Positions 1 to 10,893 are shown, numbered from the stretch's first letter. The stretch: 64,000 bases of DNA from an uncultured delta proteobacterium (GCA_963796055.1 CAWCKH010000004.1:1536001-1600000), one strand, 5' to 3'. Notes: generated by a model from the sequence alone, not told the origin. Program-made: numbers and translations.

Positions 1-2
1 AC

Positions 3-242
3 ACTCTGGTCCTCGAGCCGGAGCTCAAGATCTTCAGCGTCTACAACGGCTACTGGTTCTTCGGCCGGCCCACCGTGGAGGAGCTGCGCCGGGACCTTCG
101 TGCCGTGCTCCGGCGCTGCCGGCCGGACTGGGACCTGTCGGACCCCGCGCTCCGGCAGGCCTGGGCCGCCGGGGACAAGGCGCGCTTCTACCCCTACGGC
201 AAGACCCGCGCACAGATGCTGGCGGAGCAGGACGACACCTGA
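3..242 (+). CDS. C-terminal part of a probable redoxin/AhpC-TSA family protein (truncated by window start)
   Basis: Open frame from base 3 (TLVLEPELKIFSVYNGYWFFGRPTVEELRRDLRAV...AEQDDT, TGA 240-242) with GC3-rich codons. Family assigned from recollection of the YNGYWFxGRP tail. Confidence 0.55.
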   Translation, partial: TLVLEPELKIFSVYNGYWFFGRPTVEELRRDLRAVLRRCRPDWDLSDPALRQAWAAGDKARFYPYGKTRAQMLAEQDDT

Positions 243-247
243 GCCCG

Positions 248-1540
248 ATGGCGGCGGAGCAGGCAGCGCGAAGTCGCACCGAGCACGACGTCGGGAGCCC
301 CCGCTCGACGAGGCGCCGGGCCACGGAGATCGAGGCCGCCGACTCCCGCGACCTCCTCGAGCTCACCGCCGAGCAGGCCCGCCGGTTCCTCGTCCGTCGC
401 CACTTCCTGGCGCCACCGCGAGCGCTCCCGGCGCGGGCCGAGTCGGTGCTCCGGGTGGTCCGCGAGCTCGGTTCGGTGCAGTTCGATCCACTGGAGGTCA
501 CCGGGGCGCGGAACGACGACCTGGTCCTCGCCGCGCGGATCAAGAACTACCGCCGCGGCTGGATGGAGCGCTGGCTCTACGGAGCTCCCGCCCAGCGGCA
601 GCTCTTCGAGGCCTACAACAAGTCGCTCAACATCCTTCCCATCGAGGAGCTCCCGGTGCACAGGGTGGACTGGGAGCAGTGGCGGCGCCGCGACGGGGCC
701 TACCAGGGTCTCCTGCACCGGCACGCCGACGTGGCCGCGGCCATCCTCGAGCGACTCGGCCGCGAGGGTGCGCTGCCCGGAAGCGCCTTCGTGGATCGCA
801 ACGGTCAACGCCTTCACTGGGGCTGGGGTCAGCTGAGCGTTGCCCGGGCGGTGCTCTACGCGCTCTTCCGCACCGGGCAGATCGGCATCGTCCGGCGGCT
901 GGGGAACATCCGGGTCTACGACCGCATCGAGCGGCTCTTCCCCGCGCCGTTGCTGCAGAGGCGGCTGCCGGACGAGGAGGTGCGACGGCACCAGCTCCTC
1001 AGCCGGTTCCGCGGGGTGGGCCTGCTCGGCCTGCGGGCCGGGGCGGAGATCTGGTCGGGAACCGTCCCGGCGAAGGAACGGGTGCGGCTCACCGAGGCGA
1101 TGGTCGCGGACGGAACGCTGGTCCGGGTCCGGGTGGAGGGCGTGCGCGACGAGCGCTTCATGCTCGCCAGTGATGCGCGCTTTCTCCGCGGTGGCCCGCT
1201 GCACACCCGGGAGGTCGCGCTCCTCGCCCCGCTGGATCCGCTGGTCTGGGACCGGGAGCTGCTCCGCCAGCTGTTCGACTTCGACTACGTCTGGGAGGTG
1301 TACGTTCCGGCCAAGGCACGCAAGCACGGGTACTACGTGCTCCCGCTGCTCTGGGGCGACCGGCTGGTGGGGCGCATCGAGCCGCGCATCGATCGGAAGG
1401 CCGGCGTGCTCCGGGTCCCCGCCCCCCGGCTCGAGCACCGGATGCGTCGCTCGGAGCGGCTGGAGCTCGACGCCGCGCTCGACCGCGCGCTCGAGGCCCA
1501 CCGCCGGCTCGCGGGCGCCGAGCGCATCGAACGCGGCTGA
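248..1540 (+). CDS. ycaQ: YcaQ/AlkZ-like (HTH_42) DNA crosslink-repair glycosylase
   Basis: SVQFDPL (QxD catalytic motif), LLAPLDPLVWDR, FDFDYVWEVYVP and GYYVLPLLWGDRLVGR motifs typical of the YcaQ family. Confidence 0.85.
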   Translation: MAAEQAARSRTEHDVGSPRSTRRRATEIEAADSRDLLELTAEQARRFLVRRHFLAPPRALPARAESVLRVVRELGSVQFDPLEVTGARNDDLVLAARIKNYRRGWMERWLYGAPAQRQLFEAYNKSLNILPIEELPVHRVDWEQWRRRDGAYQGLLHRHADVAAAILERLGREGALPGSAFVDRNGQRLHWGWGQLSVARAVLYALFRTGQIGIVRRLGNIRVYDRIERLFPAPLLQRRLPDEEVRRHQLLSRFRGVGLLGLRAGAEIWSGTVPAKERVRLTEAMVADGTLVRVRVEGVRDERFMLASDARFLRGGPLHTREVALLAPLDPLVWDRELLRQLFDFDYVWEVYVPAKARKHGYYVLPLLWGDRLVGRIEPRIDRKAGVLRVPAPRLEHRMRRSERLELDAALDRALEAHRRLAGAERIERG

Positions 1541-1704
1541 GCGCAGGACGCACGGGCCCTGCGTCTGCATCCCCGAGGTCACCACGCGCGAGCTCCAGAG
1601 CCGCATCGCCGCCATCGAGGCCGAGCTGGCCGGGGTCCGCGCCCCAGGTGGTGGTGGCCGAGCCCGACAGCAACTCGCATCCTCTCTGGCCGTGAGGTGT
1701 TGAC

Positions 1705-1733
1705 CGGTCCTGGGACGGCACATCCCAGGACCG
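1705..1733. repeat. Perfect 11-bp inverted repeat (hairpin or regulator site)
   Basis: CGGTCCTGGGA-cggcaca-TCCCAGGACCG, with no U-tract. Confidence 0.7.
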
Positions 1734-1769
1734 ACCCGACCGGGTGACAGTGTCGGGGGGCGAGTGGCC

Positions 1770-1785
1770 TGGCACGCTTTTCGCT
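1770..1785 (+). promoter_or_regulatory. Putative sigma54 (-24/-12) promoter for the ABC permease
   Basis: TGGCACGCTTTTCGCT: TGGCACG plus exact GG-N10-GC spacing; ATG at 1802. Confidence 0.55.
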
Positions 1786-1801
1786 CACCTGACCCGGCTC
1801 G

Positions 1802-4227
1802 ATGAATGGGCTCGGTCGGGAGTTTCGCGAGGCGTTGCGGCTGTTCGTCCGCTCACCGGGTTTCGTGGCAGCGGTGGTACTGCCCATGGCGCTCGCGCTC
1901 GGGGCGAACACCGCGCTGTTCACCGTCATCCGCGGGGTGCTGCTCCGGCCTCTCCCGTACCCCCAGCCGGAGCGCCTGGTCCGTCTCCACCGGATGAGCG
2001 ATCGCAGCACCCCCCGGGGGGTCCGCTCTCGCCGCTGAACTACCTCGAGGACCTCGCGCCCGTGCGGTCCGTCGAGCGACGGGCGGCATGGGTCACCAAT
2101 GCCGGCTCTCTGTCGGGTGAGGGCGCGCCCGAGCACATCCGTCTCGGCTACGGAACGGCATCGCTCCTCGGCGTCCTCGGTCTGAACACCGGCCTGGGCC
2201 GCTGGTTCTCACCCGACGAGGAGCGGCAGGGCCAGCACCGGGTGGTCGTCCTCTCCCAGGCGCTGTGGCAGCGGCGCTTCGGCGGAGACGCGGGGGCGCT
2301 GGGCCGGACGCTCCAGCTGGAGGGGGAGCCATACGTGGTGGTGGGTGTGCTCCCTGCCGGGGTCGAGCTGCCCGAGCTGTGCGATGCCTGGGTCCCGCTG
2401 TCGTTCGAGCCGGCCATGCTGGAGCCGCGCGCACGGAACATTCACTTCCTCCGCGTCGTCGCCCGCCTCCCGCCGGCCGCGACCCTCGCTTCGGCCGGGC
2501 GCGAGCTGGCCGAGGCCGGTCGGCGGACGATCGCTGACCATCCCGAGGCGTACTCGGGTTTCAACTTCGTCTTCTCCCCGACCCCGATGCAGGAGGACAT
2601 CGTCCGGTCGGTCCGCCCCACGCTGGTCCTGCTCCTCGGTGCGGTGGGCCTGGTGCTGCTGATCGCCTGCTTCAACGTCGGAAATCTCATGCTCGTGCGA
2701 GCCACCGCGCGGCAGCGAGAGCTGGCGATCCGCGCGGCCCTCGGTGCGGGCCGCGCCGCGCTCATCCGACAGCTCCTGGTGGAGAGCCTGGTGCTCTCGT
2801 TCGCCGCCGGGGTTCTGGGCGTGCTGCTCGCCTCGATGACGACCTCCACGCTCCTGGCGCTTGCCCCGGACGTCATCCCCCGCGCGCAGACGGTTCACCT
2901 GGACCTGGCCATCCTGGGGTTTGCGCTGGCCATCTCGGTCGGCAGCGGGCTGCTGTTCGGGCTGGTGCCCGCGCTCGCTGCCTCGGACCTGGATCTCGAG
3001 GGGACCTTGCGTGGTTCGGCATCGATGCGGCCCGGAGGGCGGTGGATACGCCGGGTGCTGGTGATGGCCGACGTCGGTCTGGCCCTGATGCTCCTCTGCG
3101 CGGCGTCGTTGCTGCTGCGTAGCTTCGTGCACGCCCTCGGGGTGGATCCCGGGTTTCGGGCGGACGGAGTGGTGATGGTGCAGGCCCTGGTCCCCACGCC
3201 CGCGGGGACACCGCCGGCGCAGGCTGAAGCCCGCTTCCGAAGCTACGTCGATCGCGCCCTCGCCGCGCTCCGGACCATCCCCGGCGGCGAGTCCTCCGGA
3301 GCGATCAGCATCGTTCCTCTCGGTAGGGATAGATCCGACCGGCTCTTTTCCATCGAAGGAGAGGCCGAAGGGCCGGGAACCGAGAGACATGGCGAGGAGT
3401 TCCGGGTGGTGACGCCGGGCTTCTTCGAGACCTTGCGCATCCCGCTCCTCCAGGGTCGACGGATCGAGTCGTCCGACAGCGCGGAAGGTCCAGCGGTGGT
3501 GGTGGTCAACGAATCCTTCGCCCGCAAGATCTTCCCCCGCGGAGAGGTGCTCGGTCGGCGGATCAAGCTCACCTCGCCGCCGAGCCCCTGGGCCACGATT
3601 GTCGGCGTGGTCGGTGACGTCCGCGAATTCGGTCTCGACGAGCCGGTCGCTCCGGTCATGTACTTCCCCCACGCGCAGCAGCCCACGGAAGGCCTGAGCT
3701 ACGTGGTGCGTTCCTCGGCGCCGTACGCGCAGGTGAGCCGGACCGTCGCCGCGGCGTTCGAGGGAACCGACTCCCAGGTCCCCACCTTCGGGATGACGCC
3801 GTACGAATCGCTGCTCTCCGCCTCGGTGGCCCAGCGGCGATTCTCGCTGGTCCTGGTGGCCACCTTCGCAATGCTGGCGCTGGTGCTCGCCGCCGTCGGC
3901 CTCTATGGCGTGGTGGCCTACTCGGTGCGGCAGCGGACCAAGGAGATCGGGGTTCGGATGGCCGTCGGCGCCGACGCGGGACGGATTGCCCGCCTGGTCG
4001 CCGGCGAAAGCGCCCGGATGGTGGGCGTCGGTCTCGCGCTCGGTCTGGTGGGGGCCCTGGTCATTGCCCGGCTCCTGGCGGGATTTCTCTACGGCGTCGG
4101 CCCGGCCGATCCGGTCGCGCTCACCGGCGCGGCGCTGGTTCTGGCGTTCGCCGCGCTGCTGGCCACGGTGTTGCCCGTCCGCCGCGCCACCCGGGTGGAT
4201 CCGGTGGTGGCGCTCGCCGCGGAGTGA
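1802..4227 (+). pseudogene. MacB/FtsX-type (ADOP-like duplicated) ABC transporter permease, frameshifted near 2010-2021
   Basis: The N-terminus (MNGLGREFREALRLFVRSPGF...LALGANTALF...LLRPLPYPQPERLV) is in the 1802 frame and stops at 2038. The rest (VLLIACFNVGNLML...RQRELAIRAALGAGR...RTKEIGVRMAVGA...RRATRVDPVVAL) is in the -1 frame. The frames switch at a C6G6 run, so this may be a sequencing error. Confidence 0.8.
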
Positions 4228-4237
4228 CCTCCCCGGC

Positions 4238-5602
4238 TCAGGCCCGTGCCGGCAGACGCTCCAGCTCCTCGAACCACGAGGCGTACAGCTCCACCCCGCG
4301 CCGCGCCTGGGTCCAGTCGAAGAACTCGTTCGGCGCGTGGTAGCCGTGCTCGGGAAGGCTCAGGCCCATCAGGAGCACGGGCGCGCGGAGCACCTCGGCC
4401 ATCGTGGCCACCGCGGGGATCGAGCCGCCCCCGCGGGTCACCGCCAGGGACTTGCCGAGCACGCGCTCGGAGGCGCGGTTCATCGCAGCGCACTCCGGCG
4501 CGTCCACGGACGTGACGAAGGCCGGTGCTGACCCGAGCGGGATGACCTCCACCAGCGGGTCCAGCTCGCCGACGAAGCGCCGGATGGAGTCCACGACGTG
4601 CGCCGGCGACTGTCCGGGGACCAGGCGCAGGCTCACCTTCGCCTCGGCCCAGGCCGGGACGATGCTCTTGATGCCCGGGCCCTGGTAGCCGCCGGAGATG
4701 CCGTGGATCTCGAACGTGGGCTCGGTCCACAATCGCCGGAGGAGCGCGCGCGGCTCGGTCTCCATCAGCCGCCGGAAGCCGTAGGTGCTCCGGAACCGCT
4801 CCACGTCGAAGCCGCTCCGGACGTAGAGGTCCAGCTCCGCCTCACTGATCGGGACCACGCCGTCGCACACGCCGGGGACGAGGATGCGGCCGGTGCTGGC
4901 GTCGAAGCACGCGGCCAGCACCCGGGCCAGACCGGCGAGAGGATTCGGTGCGCCGCCTCCCACCACGCCCGAGTGCGCGTCCACCTCGGCCGTCCGCAGC
5001 TTGAGCAGCAGCCCCTGGAAGCCGCGCAGGCCCACGTCCATCGAGGGCTGCTCGGCCGAGACCCACAGGGTGTCCGACACCAGCACCGCGAGGACGTCAC
5101 CGAGGGTTTTCCGCTGCTCCCGGAGCAGCTCCGGGAAATGCGGGCTCCCCACCTCCTCCTCGAACTCCCAAAGCAGCTGGAAGCCGAGCGACGGGTCGCG
5201 GCGGGCGGTGTGGGCGATGGCCAGCAGGCAGGTGAGGGCCGGCCCCTTGTCGTCGGTGGTGCCGCGCCCGAGGTAGCGCTCACCGTCGACGCGCATGCGG
5301 AATGGCTCGCCCTTCCATTCCGGCTCCTCGGCCGGCTGGACGTCGAGGTGGTTGTAGACCAGCACCGACGCCCGGCGTGGATCACCGAAGCGCCCGTGGA
5401 CGTACGGCTTGCCACCGGCCCGGAGCAGGGACGCGGTGCCGCCGAAGTGGCGGATGAGCCCCAGCGCCACCTCGGCGCAGGCCTCCATCTCCGGGCCCCG
5501 GGAAGGGTCCATGCTGATGGTGGGCAGCTCGACCAGCGTGCGGAGCCGATCCTCGAAGAAGACCCGGTGCCCCTCGGCCCAGGCGCGTGCGTCGTGGTTC
5601 AC
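4238..5602 (-). CDS. M20/M25/M40 family metallo-dipeptidase
   Basis: YNHLDVQP, GRGTTDDKG, FEEEVGS and HAPNE metal-ligand motifs. GTG start overlaps the upstream TGA (GTGA). Confidence 0.88.
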   Translation of the reverse strand: MNHDARAWAEGHRVFFEDRLRTLVELPTISMDPSRGPEMEACAEVALGLIRHFGGTASLLRAGGKPYVHGRFGDPRRASVLVYNHLDVQPAEEPEWKGEPFRMRVDGERYLGRGTTDDKGPALTCLLAIAHTARRDPSLGFQLLWEFEEEVGSPHFPELLREQRKTLGDVLAVLVSDTLWVSAEQPSMDVGLRGFQGLLLKLRTAEVDAHSGVVGGGAPNPLAGLARVLAACFDASTGRILVPGVCDGVVPISEAELDLYVRSGFDVERFRSTYGFRRLMETEPRALLRRLWTEPTFEIHGISGGYQGPGIKSIVPAWAEAKVSLRLVPGQSPAHVVDSIRRFVGELDPLVEVIPLGSAPAFVTSVDAPECAAMNRASERVLGKSLAVTRGGGSIPAVATMAEVLRAPVLLMGLSLPEHGYHAPNEFFDWTQARRGVELYASWFEELERLPARA

Positions 5603-6474
5603 GGTCGAAGTGCCTCCACCAGCGCGGCGGTGAACGCCCGGCCCACGGTGCCGTCGGGGTCGCGGTCCGGGTCGTAGATGGTGAACTCCACCCCCAGCGC
5701 ATGCGGGGAGACCAGGAGTGGACGGAGCAGTCCCACCAGCATGTCGTACGACAGTCCACCGGGGGCGCGCGAGTCCACCGCGGGCATGATGTCGTCATCG
5801 AGCACGTCGGCGTCGACGTGGATCCAGAACCCGGGGTGCGGGTCCATTCGCTCGAGAACCCGGGCGGCGATGGCCCGTGGGCCGGCCCGTTCGATCTCGG
5901 TGAGGTCGAGCACCGGGATGCCCGAGGTGCGGAGCACCGGGTCCTCCTCGCGCAGTCCGAGGTGAACCACCGACCCGGCGGCCACCAGCGGTCCGTCGGA
6001 CGCGAGCGCGGAGAGGAGAGCCGGGCCCACGCCGACCGCCAGGGCCAGGTCCATGCCCGCGGCGCCGTGCGTCCCCGAGCGCTCCGGGGTGTTGAAGTCC
6101 GAGTGCCCGTCGAGGAAGACCAGGCCCAGGCTCTCCACCTTGCGGCGCGCGCCGAGCAGGTTGCCGAGGAGGATGCTGCAGTCGCCGCCCAGCACCACCG
6201 CCAGCTCGTCGCGCACGAGGATGCTCTCCACCGCGCGGGCGAGGGCGCGCGCGTACCGGGCGATCGCCTCGGCGTTCCGAATGCCGCAGGGATGGATGTC
6301 GGTGGCGTAGGGAGGCGGGTCCACCCGTCCCGCGTCGCGGGCGCCGAGCCGGGTCCGCAACCCGTTCCACCGGAGCACCTCGGGCATGCGCCGGGTGCCG
6401 GGCTCGCGCCCAGGAGCGGGAGGGGCGAGGCCCAGGTTCGACGGGGCATCGAGCACCGCGCGGGGCCTCAGCAT
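5599..6474 (-). CDS. Arginase/ureohydrolase family protein (GGDCS subgroup)
   Basis: APSNLGL, LGGDCS, DGHSDF and HVDADVLD motifs. ATG at 6474 overlaps the end of the GST gene. Confidence 0.85.
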   Translation of the reverse strand: MLRPRAVLDAPSNLGLAPPAPGREPGTRRMPEVLRWNGLRTRLGARDAGRVDPPPYATDIHPCGIRNAEAIARYARALARAVESILVRDELAVVLGGDCSILLGNLLGARRKVESLGLVFLDGHSDFNTPERSGTHGAAGMDLALAVGVGPALLSALASDGPLVAAGSVVHLGLREEDPVLRTSGIPVLDLTEIERAGPRAIAARVLERMDPHPGFWIHVDADVLDDDIMPAVDSRAPGGLSYDMLVGLLRPLLVSPHALGVEFTIYDPDRDPDGTVGRAFTAALVEALRP

Positions 6475-7073
6475 GGCGGTGCCTCCGCGAACAGCCGCCG
6501 TGCCATTGGACGCTCCAGAAGCCGGTCCCGGTACGCCCGGAGCCCGGGGAAGGGCGCGAGGTGGCCCTGGCGGCCGGCCCAGGAGAGCATCGCCGCGAGG
6601 ACCAGGTCGAACACCTGGGGCGCATCGAGGAGCGCGCCGCGTCCGGCGAGGGTGCGCTCGAGGAGACCGAGCGGCGGCCGCAGGCGTTCGCCCGCCCAGG
6701 GCACCACCTCGGGCATCCGCTCGGGCGGCTGCAGGTCCTCGGTGTGAAGGCAGATCAGGTCCAGCAGCGGCTCGACCTCGGTGACCGCGAGGAAGAGCCA
6801 CTGGTCATGCGTGGCCCGCTCCGGGCTCCCCGGACGAGGGATGAGCCCGCGCTCGGGACGGCGGTCCGCGAGCCAGGTGCAGAGGGCGACCGACTCGAAG
6901 CGCCGCACGCCGGCGTCGTCCTCGAGCACCGGCACGCGCCCGAGCGGATGCAGGCGGAAGCGCTCCGCCGTCCCGCTCTCCGGCGCCAGGATCCGCTCGT
7001 ACGACTCGCCGAGCTCGGCAAGGACCCACTCCACCCGCGAGGCCCGGGTCCGGGGCCGCCAGTACAGCTTCAT
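6468..7073 (-). CDS. Glutathione S-transferase family protein
   Basis: MKLYW..TRASRVEWVLAELG, HPLGRVPVL and FESVALC; GGAGG Shine-Dalgarno upstream of ATG 7073. Confidence 0.88.
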   Translation of the reverse strand: MKLYWRPRTRASRVEWVLAELGESYERILAPESGTAERFRLHPLGRVPVLEDDAGVRRFESVALCTWLADRRPERGLIPRPGSPERATHDQWLFLAVTEVEPLLDLICLHTEDLQPPERMPEVVPWAGERLRPPLGLLERTLAGRGALLDAPQVFDLVLAAMLSWAGRQGHLAPFPGLRAYRDRLLERPMARRLFAEAPPC

Positions 7074-7087
7074 CGGACCATCCTCCC

Positions 7088-7165
7088 GTAACCGACGAAC
7101 GACGTTTTGAGGGTTGCAAGATGGATCCGACGATTCTGACCTGTCAAGTGTCAGTGAGCGGTTAG
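7088..7165. promoter_or_regulatory. Two spaced inverted-repeat boxes (TRACC-N18-GGTYR) in the divergent GST/CGNR promoter region
   Basis: GTAACC-N18-GGTTGC (7088-7117) and CTGACC-N18-GGTTAG (7136-7165). The second box overlaps a TAGACT -10 at 7163-7168. Confidence 0.55.
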
Positions 7166-7174
7166 ACTGTGGAA

Positions 7175-7819
7175 ATGCTCCTTCCGGGAACACACCGGTT
7201 CAAGCTGGCGGGCGGCCATCCGGTGCTCGACTTCCTCAACAGCCTGGGCGGGCATCGGCTCACCGCGCCGCGAGAGCATCTGACGACGCCCGAGGACCTG
7301 GTCTCCTGGGGCCTGCAATCCGGCTGGCTGGACCAGGAGCACGCGCACCCGATGCTGGTGGAGATCCAGCTTCGGCCTGCCGAGGCCCGCGCCGCGCTGG
7401 TGCGGGTCCGTGCCTTCCGTGAGGCTCTTTTCCGAGTCTTCCTCGCCGCTTCCGAGAACACTCTGCCCGCCCCCGAGCCGCTCGAGGCCTTCGAGCGCGA
7501 GGTGCGCCGCGCCTGGGCCGAGCGACGGCTGATCCGCGGCCCGGACGGGGAATACCGCTGGGTGTCACCCGAGTCGGCGCGCCTCGATGCCTTCATCCCC
7601 GGGCTGGCGCTGGCCGCCTCGGACCTCCTCACCGGGCCTGCGCGCGCGCGCATCCGGTTGTGCGAGGCCACGGCCCTGGACGGGTGCGGCTGGCTGTTCC
7701 TGGACACCAGCAGGAACGGAACTCGCCGCTGGTGCGAGATGGCCACCTGCGGCAACAAGTACAAGGCGCGCCGCCACTACGCGCGAGTTCGGGCAGGCCG
7801 GAGCACCGGCCGCGAGTAG
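7175..7819 (+). CDS. ABATE domain / CGNR zinc-finger protein (putative regulator)
   Basis: GGHPVLDFLNS N-terminus and C-terminal C..CGWLFLDTSRNGTRRWCEMATCGNK zinc finger. Confidence 0.9.
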   Translation: MLLPGTHRFKLAGGHPVLDFLNSLGGHRLTAPREHLTTPEDLVSWGLQSGWLDQEHAHPMLVEIQLRPAEARAALVRVRAFREALFRVFLAASENTLPAPEPLEAFEREVRRAWAERRLIRGPDGEYRWVSPESARLDAFIPGLALAASDLLTGPARARIRLCEATALDGCGWLFLDTSRNGTRRWCEMATCGNKYKARRHYARVRAGRSTGRE

Positions 7820-9253
<1,434 letters not shown>

Positions 9254-9413
9254 GGTAGGCGCTCGACCGCATCAGGTCGATTCGGTCAGCGAGAGGACCG
9301 GAGCCTGGCCAGCTCGGGCAGCCGGGCGCTGTGTCTGTCTGTCCGTCTCGCTCTTGTCGGGACAGCCGGTGCACGAAGACTCTCGTCTCCGGGGCTTTGC
9401 GTTCCTCGGGCCC

Positions 9414-9430
9414 CGGCACGTGCGCTGCAT
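9414..9430 (+). promoter_or_regulatory. Putative sigma54 (-24/-12) promoter for the haloperoxidase-like gene
   Basis: CGGCACGTGCGCTGCAT: GGCACG and TGCA with GG(9415)-N10-GC(9427) spacing; a sigma54 activator gene lies directly downstream of the target gene. Confidence 0.55.
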
Positions 9431-9526
9431 GGGTGACCGTTTGGCCACCAGGCAGCTCCGGTTCTGGAGCGGAGGTGCTGCGAGGTTCAGCGCCGCCCGG
9501 GTGTCCCGAAAGGGAGCATCACCACC

Positions 9527-10870
9527 ATGACGAGGTCGAGCGAGCAGCGGAAGGCGTCGAAGCCGAGGGTTCCGTGGTCGGGGTTCCTCGTGGCGGCAGT
9601 GGTCCTCCAGGCATGCGGGGCCGAGCTCAGCACCGACAGTGCCCAGAACGCGCTGAGCGGACCGTCTCCCGTGGTCCGGGACTGGAACCTCATCACGCTC
9701 GAGGTGGTGACCCCTCCGACGAGGTCCCGGTCATGGACGCTGGTGCACGTCGCGATGTTCGACGCGGTCAACTCGATCGAGCGGCGCTACCAGCCCTATG
9801 CGGTGACGGTGCCCGCCGCGCACGGCGCCTCATCGGAAGCGGCGGCGATCCAGGCGGCGTACCGGGTGCTCGCTCGGCGCTACCCGGGAGCATTGGCGGT
9901 GCTCGATGGTCACCTCGCCACTTCCCTCGCCGCGATCCCCGATGGGCCCCGGAAGAGCGCAGGTACGGCGGTGGGGGATCTGGTCGGCAACGCGATCTAC
10001 GACCTGCGGATCAACGACAAGATCAACGACCCAGGACCTGCCTACGTGCCCGGGAGCGGGCCCGCCGCCTACCAGCTCACTCCGCCCAACTTCGCGCAGC
10101 CAGTGAACACGGGCGTCGCCGCCTGGGTACCGTTCGCCCTGGCGCAGGTGTCGCAATTCCGCCCCGGGGGCCCCTACTCGATCGCGAGTCACCAGTTCGC
10201 CCGTGACTACGACGAGACCAGGACCTATGGCGTGGCATGTCCGGACCCTTCGAGCTGCTCCCGTACTCCCGCGCAGAGCCAGACCGCGCTCTGGCACACG
10301 GAACAGGCGGACATCCAGTTCAACCGCATCGCGCGCGGTCTGACCCCCACGCGGGGACTCGGTCTGCTGGAGGAGACCCGGCTCTTCGCGCTCCTCAACC
10401 TCGCGCTGATCGACTCGTCGGCCGCGGTCTTCGATGCCAAGTACACCTACAACTTCGTCCGCCCGGTGACCGCGATCCGCAATGGCGACGCCGACGGGAA
10501 CCCTCGGACCGCAGGCGACCCTGCCTGGTCGACGTTCATCATCACCCCGCCGCACCCGGAGTACCCGGCGGCGCACGGCGCCGTCCAGGGTGCCGCGGGG
10601 GTGGTGATGAACAAGCTGCTCGGGAAGCACCAGGGCTTCGATGACACCATGCCTGCTGTCCCGGGCGTGACGCGCCACTTCGACTCGTTCGACGACTTCA
10701 CGGCCGACGGCTTCGTCGCCCGGATCTACGGCGGGATGCACTACCGTACCTCGCTCGAGGTGGGGAGGAAGCTCGGGCGCGAGGTCGGCAGGTACATCGT
10801 CCAGACTCAGCTCCAGCCGGTCCGCGGCCACCACGACCACGACGACGACGACGACGGCGACGAGGAGTAA
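9527..10870 (+). CDS. Vanadium-dependent haloperoxidase / PAP2 superfamily protein, probable lipoprotein
   Basis: KYTYNFVRP, HPEYPAAH and ARIYGGMHY match the three PAP2/VHPO motifs. Hydrophobic signal ending LQAC; His/Asp-rich C-terminal tail. Confidence 0.8.
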   Translation: MTRSSEQRKASKPRVPWSGFLVAAVVLQACGAELSTDSAQNALSGPSPVVRDWNLITLEVVTPPTRSRSWTLVHVAMFDAVNSIERRYQPYAVTVPAAHGASSEAAAIQAAYRVLARRYPGALAVLDGHLATSLAAIPDGPRKSAGTAVGDLVGNAIYDLRINDKINDPGPAYVPGSGPAAYQLTPPNFAQPVNTGVAAWVPFALAQVSQFRPGGPYSIASHQFARDYDETRTYGVACPDPSSCSRTPAQSQTALWHTEQADIQFNRIARGLTPTRGLGLLEETRLFALLNLALIDSSAAVFDAKYTYNFVRPVTAIRNGDADGNPRTAGDPAWSTFIITPPHPEYPAAHGAVQGAAGVVMNKLLGKHQGFDDTMPAVPGVTRHFDSFDDFTADGFVARIYGGMHYRTSLEVGRKLGREVGRYIVQTQLQPVRGHHDHDDDDDGDEE

Positions 10871-10893
10871 CGGGGCGCAGTACAGTCCGCGGC

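Noticed and set aside
1541..1703. Short coiled-coil-like reading (EVTTRELQSRIAAIEAELAGVR) after ycaQ
   Set aside because: No start codon or SD; at most a gene remnant following a GCAGGACGCA/TGCGTCTGC hairpin.
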